NCBI GenBank assembly: GCA_028275025.1
Contig: JAQCNM010000031.1
Span: 2,078-66,077 of the forward strand
Length of the DNA: 64,000 nucleotides
Origin: Halovenus sp.
Lineage (GTDB): Archaea > Halobacteriota > Halobacteria > Halobacteriales > Haloarculaceae
Reading direction: 5' to 3'
Positions 1 through 10,438 of the stretch are shown piece after piece. The notes below the pieces were generated by a model. That model saw nothing but the letters and a program-made list of their open reading frames with translations. It was not told the origin of the DNA and searched no databases. The translations under genes and the position numbers were made by a program. The first letter of the stretch is position 1; each line of letters begins with the position of its first letter.

Positions 1-2578
1 GCTCGGCCACGATGTCGAACAGCTCCCGTGCCTCCGCCTCGTAGGGCAGCTCCACGGTGACCCGGGTCGTTCCGTCCTCGGCGACGACTCCCTGTAGGGC
101 GGCGCCGTACTCGGTGAGTGTCGCGAGCAGTGACTCCCCGACGGTCACCTCGAGTAGACACTCCCGGTCGCGCGCGACGATACAGGTCGCGGACTCGACC
201 TCCGGGTCGTCACGAACCCGGTCGAGAACGGCATCGGGGTCGACGTTCGTCGCCGAGAGGTACAGCTCCGCACCGCCACTCCCCCGGCGGTCGATTCCAG
301 CGGACTCGATGCGTGCGCCGTCGGTCGAGAGCCGGGTAAAAAGCAGGTCGCGGTCGGCAACGGCGAACTCGAGTTCGACAATCCTCGTCGCGTCGAGGAT
401 ACGACCCCGCTCGACGGCGTTGACGGCGTTTGCGCTCGCCCGCCCGAGCGCCTCAAGTACCACCCGCTCGCGCTCGTCGAGCGCGTCGGCGTCTTCTGCA
501 CAGACAACGAGCACCCCGTAGGTCGTGTTCTTGTACACGAGCGGCACCGCGACGAGCGCGTCGACAGTGGCTGCGAGCCGGTCCCAGGCTCCCTCCCCGG
601 ACAGCCCCTCGGTGGTGAGCAACTGCGGCTCCCCGTCCCGGTAGCTGTTGCCGAGCGGGTCGGTCCCGTCGAGCGGGAACGACCAGTCACCGGCCGGTAG
701 ATCCGCCGCGCCCGCCCACGCTGTCGGCGAGAGCTGCTCGCTGGCGACGTCGGGTCGACAGACCATGGCGAACGCGTACGGCTCCACCCCGGCGAGTTCG
801 CGGACCACACCTCGTTCGAGCTCCTCTCGAGTCGTCGCCTCGACGAGCACCTCGACGGTCCGGCGAACGAGCCCGTTGACCCGGTCGAGCACCCGTTCGG
901 TTCGTTCCTGTGCCAGTCGGACGGTCCGCTCGCGTTTCGCCCGGGTGCAGGCGGCCGCCGCACTGGTCGCGAGCAGGGCGAGCAGGCGCTGGTCGGCCTC
1001 GTCGAACGCCGCTTCCTCCGTCGAACAGATACTCATCGTCCCGCGAACGCCCGCCGGGTAGTACATCGCCGAGCCCACGTCGTCGGGTCCCCGGTCGGTC
1101 TCGCGCAGGCTGTCGACCACGGTCGGCTCGCCGGTGGCGAACACCTCCCCGGGGAACCCCTCCTCGACCGCGTACACCGGTCGGTCCCCGAGTGACTCGC
1201 GGGCTCGCCTGCTCATCGCCGCCGGGGTGAGTGTCTCGGTTTCGGGGTCGTACAGCCGGAACACGCTCATCTCGAATCCGAGCAGCTCTCGGGCCGCGCT
1301 CACCGCGATCTCGGCGACCTGCTCGGGGTCCTTTGCCTGCATGAACGACCGGGTCGTCTCCAGCAGCCCCGAGAGCCGGCGCTGGTGTTCGGTGCGTGTG
1401 CTGATATCTCGGCCGACACCGACCACACCGTCGACCGCGCCGCTTGGGTCACGCAGCGGTGCACCGGAGAACTCGTAGGGGATCTGCTCGCCGTCTGCGG
1501 TCTCCAGTGTCGCCTCGACCGAGAGTGACTCGCCGTCACGCACCCGGTTCGTAGCCGCTTCGATACGCTCGCGGTCACCGTCGGCGACGAACTCCCACGG
1601 GGACATCCCCTCGAGACTCGCCTCCTCGTACCCGGTGACCGAGACCAGCCGCTCGTTCCAGCGCACCAGCGTCCCGTCGTCCCCGAACGCGTACAGCGGG
1701 TCCGGCAGACTGTCGATGAGGCTCTCGGTGAACGCCTGCTGTTGTTCCAACTCGGTCTGGTAGGCCTGTTGTTCGAGGAGGTAGTGGAGCCAGTTCGTCA
1801 GCAGTTCCACGAACGTCCGCTCGCGCCTGCTGAACGGCTCCTGCCGGGGCTGTGAGTCGACAAAGCAGACAGTACCGTACTCCCCTCCCGCGACCTGGAC
1901 TGTCGTCCCGAGATAGCACTCCAGCCCGTCACGCTCGTATGCGGGGTCCGCGGGGCGCTCGGTCCCGGCCGCCGCAACCGCCATCGGCCGGTCGCTGTCG
2001 AGGGTGTGCCGGCAGTACGTCGCCGACAGCGGTCTCGTTGTTCCCGCAGACAGCGCCTCCGGGTTGTCCCCGTTCCGGGTAACCGCCGTGACAATCTCGT
2101 GGGTGCCGTTCTCGACGTGTGCGAGAAAGGCGTGACTCGTCCCGAGACGCTCTGCTCCGACCTCGAGTATCCGGTCCAACTTCTCGTCGACACTCCGGTC
2201 GTTGTCTGTCGTGACCTCGTGGAGTGCCTCTAGTGCGCGCTCGCTCGCCCCGAGCTCTCGGTCGTCGGCACCGACAACCTCCCTGAGGACGACCGCTGTG
2301 CCGCCGTCGGTCGGGTAGACAGTCCCGGCGAGCCGCCGGCCGTCTACGCCGTGGGTGTCGAACTGCTGTTCCCGGCGTTGTTCCCTGGCGGTTCGATACC
2401 GGGCCACCGCCGTGTCACCCAGCGCCGCATCGACGTGCTCGCCGAGGATACCCCCGCGCTCGACACCGAACAGCTCCGGGATGTCCCCGCCGACTGCGGT
2501 CACGACCCCCGCCTCGTCTGTCTGGAGAAAGCCCTCGCTCTCGCCGGTCGCTCGCTCGGTCTGACGTGGCTCGCTCAT
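1..2578 (-). CDS. PAS/GAF sensor, bacterio-opsin activator (Bat)-like transcription regulator; 3' end runs off the window
   Basis: Absent from the ORF track because it is truncated by the window edge. Read by hand from ATG 2578: GAF (GLECYLGTTVQVAGGEYGTVCF), PAS (SLIDSLPDPLYAFGDDGTLVRWNERLVSVTGY), two more GAF domains, then a BAT-type region (RIVELEFAV...VTVELPYEAEARELFDIVAE). The frame is consistent down to position 2. Confidence 0.85.
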   Translation of the reverse strand, partial: MSEPRQTERATGESEGFLQTDEAGVVTAVGGDIPELFGVERGGILGEHVDAALGDTAVARYRTAREQRREQQFDTHGVDGRRLAGTVYPTDGGTAVVLREVVGADDRELGASERALEALHEVTTDNDRSVDEKLDRILEVGAERLGTSHAFLAHVENGTHEIVTAVTRNGDNPEALSAGTTRPLSATYCRHTLDSDRPMAVAAAGTERPADPAYERDGLECYLGTTVQVAGGEYGTVCFVDSQPRQEPFSRRERTFVELLTNWLHYLLEQQAYQTELEQQQAFTESLIDSLPDPLYAFGDDGTLVRWNERLVSVTGYEEASLEGMSPWEFVADGDRERIEAATNRVRDGESLSVEATLETADGEQIPYEFSGAPLRDPSGAVDGVVGVGRDISTRTEHQRRLSGLLETTRSFMQAKDPEQVAEIAVSAARELLGFEMSVFRLYDPETETLTPAAMSRRARESLGDRPVYAVEEGFPGEVFATGEPTVVDSLRETDRGPDDVGSAMYYPAGVRGTMSICSTEEAAFDEADQRLLALLATSAAAACTRAKRERTVRLAQERTERVLDRVNGLVRRTVEVLVEATTREELERGVVRELAGVEPYAFAMVCRPDVASEQLSPTAWAGAADLPAGDWSFPLDGTDPLGNSYRDGEPQLLTTEGLSGEGAWDRLAATVDALVAVPLVYKNTTYGVLVVCAEDADALDERERVVLEALGRASANAVNAVERGRILDATRIVELEFAVADRDLLFTRLSTDGARIESAGIDRRGSGGAELYLSATNVDPDAVLDRVRDDPEVESATCIVARDRECLLEVTVGESLLATLTEYGAALQGVVAEDGTTRVTVELPYEAEARELFDIVAE

Positions 2579-2722
2579 TGAATGCTAACACGTTAGGTGT
2601 CCAGATATTAAAAACAAACTGTTCGGGCTGGCCATCACGGGGGGATGCCGTGTCGGTGTCACCGGCTCGAATCGAACGCTCGGGTCGGGTGTGGCGACCA
2701 GAGGAACAGAAACGGCGACGGC

Positions 2723-3244
2723 TCAGAGGACATCCCGCTGGCAGGAGCCACAGAGACTCTCGTTTTTCTGGTCGACCTCACGGACAGTCGGGGAGAAGTT
2801 CATCACACAGAACTTGTTGTCACAGTGTTCGAGTCCGACAGTGTGTCCGACCTCGTGGACGACCTCCTTTCGGACCCGGTCGGAGAAGATCTCCTCGGCG
2901 GTGCGCTGGGAGAACCCGCCGTCGGAGGAGGTGTGGAGCCGGTAGGTCGAGATGACGCTCCCGCTGCCGCCCAGGTAGGCGAGTCCGAACACGTAGTTGC
3001 GGCGGTGATAGAACAGGTCTTTCGGGGTGATAGCGATGTTCTTGTCGCCGGCCCCGACCCGCTTTGCGAGGTCGATAAACTCCTCGGCGCGGTGTTGCTC
3101 GCGGGACTCGTCGTAGGAGCCATCGGGGATCACCTGGTGACTGTGAACCTGCACGTCACAGTCGTAGACGGAACGCAGGGCCGCCGAGGCCTCCCGCTTC
3201 ACCGCCGGACCGACGTCACCCACCGGCACAATATCGACATCCAT
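2723..3244 (-). CDS. amzA: Archaemetzincin Zn-dependent metalloprotease
   Basis: Contains KEVVHEVGHTVGLEHCDNKFCVMNFS (HExxHxxGxxH plus Cys) and C-terminal LCGSC. Confidence 0.93.
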   Translation of the reverse strand: MDVDIVPVGDVGPAVKREASAALRSVYDCDVQVHSHQVIPDGSYDESREQHRAEEFIDLAKRVGAGDKNIAITPKDLFYHRRNYVFGLAYLGGSGSVISTYRLHTSSDGGFSQRTAEEIFSDRVRKEVVHEVGHTVGLEHCDNKFCVMNFSPTVREVDQKNESLCGSCQRDVL

Positions 3245-3281
3245 GTACAGTTTTATTGGACCAAGCCAACTAAAAACCTCC

Positions 3282-3671
3282 GTGCTGGATTCGACGCGGG
3301 ACGGCTTGGTCGACCGCCTCTCGGCGTACGACCGCGTGGTCGAGGTAGGTATCGGTCACGACCCGGCACTCGCCCGCGCGCTCGCCGAGGTCGGTGTGGC
3401 GGTCACCGCCACCGATATCCAGCCTCGTGCGGTTCCGCCGACTGTCGAGTTCGTCGTCGACGACCTCACCGCGCCGGACCCGGAGGTGTACGCCGATGCC
3501 GGGGCGGTCTACGGGCTGAACCTCCCGCCAGAGCTACACCGGCCGGCCGTCTCACTCGCCAGCGAGGTAGCCGCGACGCTCGTGTTCACGACACTCGGTG
3601 GTGACCCGCCGGTGGTGCCAGTCGACCGTGAACCGCTTCCAACGGAGCCGCTGTTCGTCGCGCGACGGTGA
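3282..3671 (+). CDS. UPF0146 family protein
   Basis: Motifs VVEVGIG, VTATDI, FVVDD, LNLPPELH, FTTLGGD. TTTTATT box lies about 25-30 nt upstream of GTG 3282. Confidence 0.85.
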   Translation: MLDSTRDGLVDRLSAYDRVVEVGIGHDPALARALAEVGVAVTATDIQPRAVPPTVEFVVDDLTAPDPEVYADAGAVYGLNLPPELHRPAVSLASEVAATLVFTTLGGDPPVVPVDREPLPTEPLFVARR

Positions 3672-3672
3672 C

Positions 3673-4002
3673 TCAGTCGCCGGCCGCCGACGCGTCGTCG
3701 CTGGCGACACCCGGGTCGTCGATGCTCGGGGGGTACTCGCCGCGGTCCAGTACCAGGTCCGACTGCGGGCGTGCCATGCAGGTCAGCGCGTAGTTCTCCC
3801 GCTCCTCGTCTGTGAGTCCGTGTGCCGCCGGTTGGGTCACCGCTCCCTCGACAATCTCGGCCGAACAGGCTAGACACATCCCCACCCGACAGGAGAACTC
3901 CTGTGCGATCCCCTCCTCGATGCATCGCCGGAGGATAGTGTCCTTGTCCGAGACGGTGAGCGTCTCTCCCGTCCCGACGAACTCGACGGTGTATTCGGTC
4001 AC
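3673..4002 (-). CDS. 2Fe-2S ferredoxin
   Basis: SCRVGMCLAC...ALTCMARPQSD plant-type ferredoxin motif. Confidence 0.92.
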   Translation of the reverse strand: MTEYTVEFVGTGETLTVSDKDTILRRCIEEGIAQEFSCRVGMCLACSAEIVEGAVTQPAAHGLTDEERENYALTCMARPQSDLVLDRGEYPPSIDDPGVASDDASAAGD

Positions 4003-4119
4003 ACCCCTTGATACACAAGCAACTTATAAGGGCTTTTCGACCCCTCGCTCGGCCAGCGGCCGGGGGAGAGAACAGGATTCACCCGACGACGGACCGCCGT
4101 TCGGGGGACCGCCGACGGC

Positions 4120-5415
4120 TCACCCGCGCAGCGGCGAGTCCGCCCCGGCCAGGCGCTGGACCGCTCCGGCGAGCACCTCGACGCCGACCAGTAGCGACTC
4201 CTCGTCGACGTCGAACGTCGCGGTGTGGTGGCCGCCCGGGTGGTCGGTGCCGATTCCGACGTACGTGGCCAGCCCCCCGTTTTTCTGCACCCGGTCCATC
4301 AGGAACGTGGCGTCCTCGCTCCCGCCCAGTCCGTCGCGCCGCACCAGGTCGGTGACGTGGTCGGCCCCGCCGGCGACACCGGCGACCAGGTCGACCAACT
4401 GCTCGTCGGACGTTGCGCTGGGTGCCTCTGGCCCCGACTCGACGGTCGCGGTGCAGTCGTGCATCTCGGCGGCGCTCTCGACAACCTGCCGGGCCCGCTC
4501 GCGGGTGTAGTTCATCAGCTCTGTCGTGCCGCCACGCACCTCGGCGTGGAGGTACGCCTCCTCGGGGATGATGTTGGGGGCGATACCGCCGCCGACATCG
4601 CCCGCGTTTATCCGGGTCGGGCCGTCCTCGTGGCGGGCGATGCCGTACAGGTTCTCTACCGCGGTGGCCATCGCGTGGACGGCGTTGCGCCCCTGGTTCG
4701 GGCTGGCACCGGCGTGGGCGGGTTCGCCGTGGAACTCCGCCTCGAAGTGTGACACCGCCAGAAAGTCGTCGATCCCCGCCACCACCTCGCCGGTCGGGTG
4801 GTCGAGGCCGACGTGTGCGGCCAGCAGGGCGTCGATGTCGTCGAGGTGACCGCTCCGTGCGACCGGCCGGCCACCCCCGATAACCTCCTCGGCAGGTTGG
4901 AACAACAGCTTCAGCGTACCCTCGAACTCGCTGTCGGTGACTGCCCGGAGCACACCCAGCCCGAGTGTCGCGTGGGCGTCGTGACCACAGGCGTGCATGT
5001 GCCCCTCGTGCTCGGAGCGAAACCCCTCTGCCGCCGGGGTGTGGTCCTCGTCGGTCGACTCCGTCCGGGGGAGGGCGTCGATGTCGACGCGCAGACCGAC
5101 CGTCGGCCCTTCACCCCGGTCGAGTGTCGCCAGCGCTCCCGTGTAGCCGCCGGCCATCCGGTCGAGCAGGTCCGGGTCGACGTCGTAGCCGCGGGCACGG
5201 TCGAGCCACAGGTCCAGTTCGTCGTCGTCCGGGACACCAGCCCGCTCGCCGTCGGCCAGTATCTCCGGTCCGACCCGTATCTCGTCGACCTCGAGTTCGC
5301 GCAGCATCTCGACGATACGGGCTGTCGTGTGGTACTCCCGCCAGGCCGGTTCGGGCCGACGGTGCAGTTCCCGGCGCGTCGACTGGAGCCAGTCGCCGTA
5401 CTCGGTTACGTCCAT
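4120..5415 (-). CDS. M20 family amidohydrolase (AbgA-like)
   Basis: Motifs RRELHRRPE, RVDIDALP, MHACGHDAH, FQPAEE, GGSEDA, HHTATFD. Start taken at MDVTEY. Confidence 0.9.
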   Translation of the reverse strand: MDVTEYGDWLQSTRRELHRRPEPAWREYHTTARIVEMLRELEVDEIRVGPEILADGERAGVPDDDELDLWLDRARGYDVDPDLLDRMAGGYTGALATLDRGEGPTVGLRVDIDALPRTESTDEDHTPAAEGFRSEHEGHMHACGHDAHATLGLGVLRAVTDSEFEGTLKLLFQPAEEVIGGGRPVARSGHLDDIDALLAAHVGLDHPTGEVVAGIDDFLAVSHFEAEFHGEPAHAGASPNQGRNAVHAMATAVENLYGIARHEDGPTRINAGDVGGGIAPNIIPEEAYLHAEVRGGTTELMNYTRERARQVVESAAEMHDCTATVESGPEAPSATSDEQLVDLVAGVAGGADHVTDLVRRDGLGGSEDATFLMDRVQKNGGLATYVGIGTDHPGGHHTATFDVDEESLLVGVEVLAGAVQRLAGADSPLRG

Positions 5416-5459
5416 GCTCCGAGGGTAGACCCGTCGAAACTTAACAGCACGGCCTCGGC

Positions 5460-6218
5460 TCACCCGAACAGTGCCGGTGATCCGCCACCGAACGCGACGA
5501 GCGCCTCCCGTTCCATCGGGTGGACGTCACCGGGCACCACCAGCAGGTGCAACGGCGGGCCAAACGACCCTGTCGCCAGTGTCGACAGTTCGTCGACCCG
5601 CACCAGTGGGTCCGGGCTCCCGGCCTGTGCGACCACCACCCCCGGCCCGTCGAGGTGGTCGGCGAGGAGACCAGCGGCCGTGTCGCCGGTCATCAGCCGC
5701 TCTCGTTCGGCGTCGATGTCGAGATAGACCAGGGTGTGTAACCCCTGCTCCCGGTTCGCCACGACGGTGTCGAGCACACTCTCTGGAACGCCACCGTGAG
5801 TGTCGGGAAACGGCAGTGTCGTTGCCTTGCCAAAGCGGTAGTTCTGGAGCCCGGTGAGAGAGCTCGCCGCGGTCTGTGCGGTCGTCCCGTGAACCACCCG
5901 TGTCTCGATGTCTCGCTCGTGTGCGCGCAGACGCAGGTCGACGTGTGTCGTCGAGACCATCGGGTCACCGCCGACGAGAAAGGCGACCCGACCCCCTTTG
6001 GCGGCCGCGAGCACCGGCTCCGGCTCCCGCTCGACACCGACCCGGTCGCGCGACTGGATGTCGGTGTCGTGTGTTGCTTCGAGCTCGGCGAGACTAGCAC
6101 CGGCGAGTTGGCTCGTGTACTGCTCCGCGAACGCCCGGTCGGCCGCCCGGAGTTCGTCACGACCCCGGACCGTGATCGAGCGCTCGTCGTACAGCCCCAG
6201 GCCGACAAACGAGAGCAT
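5460..6218 (-). CDS. dph5: Diphthine synthase
   Basis: Motifs MLSFVGLGLYDE, GDPMVSTTHVDL, TGLQNYRFGK, GLHTLVYLDI. Confidence 0.95.
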   Translation of the reverse strand: MLSFVGLGLYDERSITVRGRDELRAADRAFAEQYTSQLAGASLAELEATHDTDIQSRDRVGVEREPEPVLAAAKGGRVAFLVGGDPMVSTTHVDLRLRAHERDIETRVVHGTTAQTAASSLTGLQNYRFGKATTLPFPDTHGGVPESVLDTVVANREQGLHTLVYLDIDAERERLMTGDTAAGLLADHLDGPGVVVAQAGSPDPLVRVDELSTLATGSFGPPLHLLVVPGDVHPMEREALVAFGGGSPALFG

Positions 6219-6517
6219 ACAACTGCTCGGAACGGTGTGGACTTAACCACCCCGCTGTGGCGACCACCGACAGCGCCGGCTCGCCGGCTGTCAGGCCGAC
6301 AGACACCCGAAACCCGGTCGGCGGCCACACGGTGTCTCTCCCCGGCCACCCCCGACACCGACCACGTGCCGGCCATCGGTGTCACAGACCGGTACCACCG
6401 CGTGCCTTCCGGTGTGTCTCGGACAGAACAGACGGCTCGCCCACCGCCGACTCAGAGAAACCGGTGGCTCACACCGGGACCAGTGGGTTGATTGTGCTGG
6501 TGGTGTTATCGGGGTGT

Positions 6518-8017
6518 ATGTCGAGCCAGCAGGTCGACAACACGTACGAGCGGTTTCTCGACCACGTCAAGCAGTACCACTATCTGAGCGGCGCTTCGAT
6601 GATGCTCGGCTGGGACCAGCGCGTGACGATGCCCGAAGGGGGGACCCCGGCGCGCGCAAAGCAGGCCTCCGCGCTGTCTGCTGTCCAGCACGACATGCTG
6701 ACCGACGACGACCTCGCGGCGATGCTCGACGACCTGGAGGGGGCTGTCGAGGGTGAGCGGGCGGCTATCGTTCGGGAGACGCGCCGCAGTCACGAACGGG
6801 CAGCACGTGTGCCGGACGACCTGGTCGAACGGCTCACCGAGGCGAGCGCGAACGCACACCCGGTCTGGAAACAGGCAAAGGCCGACGCCGACTTCGGCCA
6901 GTTCGAGGAGACACTCCGCGAGATTGTCGACCTGCGCCGGGAGTACGCCGAAGCGATCGACCCGGACCGTGACCCCTACGCGGTGCTCGTCGAGGAGTAC
7001 GAGCCGTACATCCCGCTGTCGGATATCGAGGCCACACTCGAACGCCTCCGCGAGGAACTACCGCCGCTGATCGACGATATCGGTGACAGTGACGTCGAAC
7101 TCGCGAACCCGCTCGCGGGAACCTACGACCAGGACGACCAGGAGTCGCTGGTCCGGGAGGCGCTCGATACGCTGGGGTACGACTGGGACCGGGGTCGGCT
7201 GGACACGGCGGCACACCCGTTCTCGGTCGGCACGCAGTTCGACGCCCGGGTGACCACACGCTTCTCACCCGACGACCCGCTCGACGCGCTCGGCTCGACG
7301 ATCCACGAGTTCGGCCACGCCAGCTACACGCTCGGGCTCCCGGACAGCGAGTACGGCACGCCGCTTGGCAGTGACCGCGACATGACCATCCACGAGTCAC
7401 AGTCCCGGCTGTGGGAGAACCACGTCGGCCGGTCACTGCCGTTCTGGCGACTGTTCACCCCGGTCGTCGAGGACCACCTCGGGGTCGAGACGGAGCCCCG
7501 CGCGCTCTACGAGGCCGCAAACCGCGTGTACGACGACAATCTCATTCGGGTCGAGGCCGACGAGTTGACCTATCACCTCCACATCGTTCTCCGGTGGGAG
7601 ATAGAACGAGACCTCATCCGCGGTGACCTGGCGGTCAGTGAGGTGCCCGCAGTCTGGAACGACCGGATGGAGGAGTATCTGGGCGTTCGCCCGGAGAACG
7701 ACGCCGAGGGCTGTCTGCAGGACACCCACTGGGCCGGTGCGAGCTTCGGGTACTTCCCCACCTACTCGCTTGGCTCGATGCTCGCCGCTCAGCTGTTCGC
7801 GGCCGCGGAGCGTGACCTGGGCCCGCTCGACGACGACATCGAGAACGGCGCGTTCGACCCGCTCTCGGAGTGGCTCACCGAGAACGTCCACCAGCACGGC
7901 TGCCGGTACACCACGCCGGAGCTCGTCGAGTCCGCGACCGGCGAGAGGCTGACCGCCGACTACTTTCTCGACTACGCCCGCGAGAAGTACGGCCAGCTGT
8001 ACGACCTGGAGAACTGA
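6518..8017 (+). CDS. Carboxypeptidase, M32 family
   Basis: Motifs HPF, HEFGH, HESQSRLWEN, IRVEADELTY, GCLQDTHW, GYFPTYSLG. Confidence 0.95.
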   Translation: MSSQQVDNTYERFLDHVKQYHYLSGASMMLGWDQRVTMPEGGTPARAKQASALSAVQHDMLTDDDLAAMLDDLEGAVEGERAAIVRETRRSHERAARVPDDLVERLTEASANAHPVWKQAKADADFGQFEETLREIVDLRREYAEAIDPDRDPYAVLVEEYEPYIPLSDIEATLERLREELPPLIDDIGDSDVELANPLAGTYDQDDQESLVREALDTLGYDWDRGRLDTAAHPFSVGTQFDARVTTRFSPDDPLDALGSTIHEFGHASYTLGLPDSEYGTPLGSDRDMTIHESQSRLWENHVGRSLPFWRLFTPVVEDHLGVETEPRALYEAANRVYDDNLIRVEADELTYHLHIVLRWEIERDLIRGDLAVSEVPAVWNDRMEEYLGVRPENDAEGCLQDTHWAGASFGYFPTYSLGSMLAAQLFAAAERDLGPLDDDIENGAFDPLSEWLTENVHQHGCRYTTPELVESATGERLTADYFLDYAREKYGQLYDLEN

Positions 8018-8044
8018 GCGCCGCCGTGGCGTCGGGGCCCCGGT

Positions 8045-8108
8045 CGCCACCACTCTCCTCTCGCCCACAGAGTCAGGGCTCCGCCACCACTCTCCTCTCG
8101 CCCACAGA
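8045..8108. repeat. 27-bp exact direct repeat, two copies, 10-bp spacer
   Basis: CGCCACCACTCTCCTCTCGCCCACAGA at 8045-8071 and 8082-8108. Confidence 0.9.
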
Positions 8109-8201
8109 AGCGGTCTGTGTGACTGTTTCACCGACTGAGACGCGCTGTTCGGGCAGACCGCCAGCTTGAAGCCTCGCACAGCAGGAGTTACTGGTGGAAC
8201 A

Positions 8202-10172
8202 ATGGACACCGACGACATCGAGCAGATAACCGTTCTCGGTGCCGGAACGATGGGTCACGGCATCGCCGAGGTGGCGGCGCTGGCCGGCTACCACGTTGTT
8301 CTCCGTGACATCGACGACGACCTCGTCACGGAGGGGTACGAGCAGATCGAGTGGAGTCTGGGCAAACTCGCCGAGAGGGACCGCATCGGCGAGACCGCCG
8401 CCGAGGAGGCCTTGGAGCGGGTCCAGCCGGTCGTCGACCTCGCCGAGGCCGTCGGTGAGGCCGACGTGGTCGTCGAGGCGATTGTCGAGGACATGGGTAT
8501 CAAACGGGAGGTGTACGACGAACTCTCGGCGGTCGCCCCCGACGACGCCATCTTCGCCTCGAACACCTCTAGTCTCTCTATCACCGACCTCTCGGAGGCG
8601 ACGGACCGGCCGGAGCAGTTCTGCGGGATGCACTTTTTCAATCCGCCGGTCCGGATGGACCTGGTGGAGGTAATCCGCGGTGAACACACCGCCGACACGA
8701 CGATGGACGCAATCGAGGGACTCGCCGAGGCGTTCGGCAAGACACCGGTTCGTGTCCGAAAGGACAAACCCGGGTTCATCGTCAACAGTATCCTCGTCCC
8801 GCTGATGAACGAGGCCTGCTGGCTCGTCGAGACCGACACCGCGTCTGTCGACGCAGTGGACTCGACCACGAAGTACGGGATGGGCCTGCCGATGGGGGCG
8901 TTCGAACTCGGCGACCAGGTCGGCAACGACGTCACCCTGCACGTACTCGAGTACATGCACGAGGTGCTCGGCGGGGCGTACGAGCCGTGTCCACTGCTCG
9001 AACGGTACGTCGAGGACGACCGCCTGGGCAAGAAAACAGGCGTCGGGTTCTACGACTACGAGAACGGTGGCGCGGACGTCCCGGCCGACCGGAGCAGCGC
9101 GGACATCGAGCGCCGTCTGCTCGCGGTGCTCGCAAACGAGACCGGCAAGCTAGTCCAGGCGGGGGTCGCCCCACCGACGGACATCGACGAGGCGGTGACA
9201 CTCGGTGCGGCGTTTCCAAAGGGACCGGCCAAACTGACCGACGAGGCGGGTCTCCCGGCGCTCGTCGAGACCCTGGAGTCACGCCACGAGGAGACTGGCC
9301 ACGCCCGATACGCGGTGTCGGCGGGGCTCCGCGAGGCCGCCGACCGGGGCGGGTTCCACGCCGACGGTGACAGCGACGAGCAGTCTGTCGCGTTCGACAC
9401 CATCCGTGTCGAGTACCCTACCGAGATGGTCGGGGAGGTCGTGCTCGACCGACCACAGCAGCTCAACACCGTCACCCTCGAACTAATCGGCGAACTCGAG
9501 GAGGCCATCGACATGCTGGCGGCCGACGAGGACGTCCGTGCACTCCTCCTGACCGGGGCGGGTGACCGCGCGTTCTCGGCCGGTGCGGACGCGATGAGTA
9601 TGGCCGGCCAGGCCGACCCGATAAACGCAATCGAGCTCTCGCGGGAGGGTCAGCGGGTCTGGGGGAAACTCGAGACCGTCTCGATGCCGGTGGTGGCCGG
9701 TATCGACGGCTACTGTCTCGGCGGCGGGATGGAGCTCGCCGCCTGTGCGGACATGCGTATCGCCAGCGAGCGCTCGGAACTCGGCCAGCCGGAGTTCAAT
9801 CTCGGCCTGCTCCCCGGTTGGGGTGGAACCCAACGGCTCAAACACATCGTCGGCGAGGGACCGGCAAAGGAGATTATCTTCACCGCCGACCGCTACGACG
9901 CCGAGACGATGGCCGACTACGGGTTCCTCAGCGAGGTTGTCGACAGCGGGGCGTTTCGTGAACGGGCCGTCGAACTCGCCGACGACCTGGCTCACGGGCC
10001 CCCACTCGCCATGGCGTTCACGAAGAAAGCGATGCACGCCGGCCGCGACGACACCGACGCCGGACTCGAGGTGGAGGCGTTCGCCTTTGGTCACCTGCTC
10101 GGCACCGACGACGTTATCGAGGGTGTCACCAAGCTCCAGAGCGACGAGGACCCCCAGTTCGAGGGAACCTGA
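8202..10172 (+). CDS. 3-hydroxyacyl-CoA dehydrogenase / enoyl-CoA hydratase fusion
   Basis: N-terminal VLGAGTMGHGIA, SNTSSL, GMHFFNP. C-terminal crotonase AFSAGAD, GGGMELA, PEFNLGLLPGWGGTQRL. Confidence 0.95.
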   Translation: MDTDDIEQITVLGAGTMGHGIAEVAALAGYHVVLRDIDDDLVTEGYEQIEWSLGKLAERDRIGETAAEEALERVQPVVDLAEAVGEADVVVEAIVEDMGIKREVYDELSAVAPDDAIFASNTSSLSITDLSEATDRPEQFCGMHFFNPPVRMDLVEVIRGEHTADTTMDAIEGLAEAFGKTPVRVRKDKPGFIVNSILVPLMNEACWLVETDTASVDAVDSTTKYGMGLPMGAFELGDQVGNDVTLHVLEYMHEVLGGAYEPCPLLERYVEDDRLGKKTGVGFYDYENGGADVPADRSSADIERRLLAVLANETGKLVQAGVAPPTDIDEAVTLGAAFPKGPAKLTDEAGLPALVETLESRHEETGHARYAVSAGLREAADRGGFHADGDSDEQSVAFDTIRVEYPTEMVGEVVLDRPQQLNTVTLELIGELEEAIDMLAADEDVRALLLTGAGDRAFSAGADAMSMAGQADPINAIELSREGQRVWGKLETVSMPVVAGIDGYCLGGGMELAACADMRIASERSELGQPEFNLGLLPGWGGTQRLKHIVGEGPAKEIIFTADRYDAETMADYGFLSEVVDSGAFRERAVELADDLAHGPPLAMAFTKKAMHAGRDDTDAGLEVEAFAFGHLLGTDDVIEGVTKLQSDEDPQFEGT

Positions 10173-10438
10173 GTACCGGCGGTCACTCCCTCTGTCGGGG
10201 TCTGTCGTCCACGGAACCCGTCGTGTCCTCTCGCGGTCCGACAGTCCACCCGGAACCCTGGGCAGCGCGTCACGGGGAGTCGTTTCTGTGACGGCCCCGC
10301 TCGACGCTGCCGAATCCCGTTACCGCGGCCGGCCGACCGCGGCGAGTACGGCTCTGGTGACGGTACCCGAGCGGTCAGCCCGTGCCCCGTCACAGCAAAA
10401 CGCCCATACCGGCAGGCAACCGAAACCGGGGTAAACCG

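Noticed and set aside
8045-8108. Possible mini-CRISPR
   Set aside because: Only two repeats, a 10-bp spacer, no leader and no cas genes.
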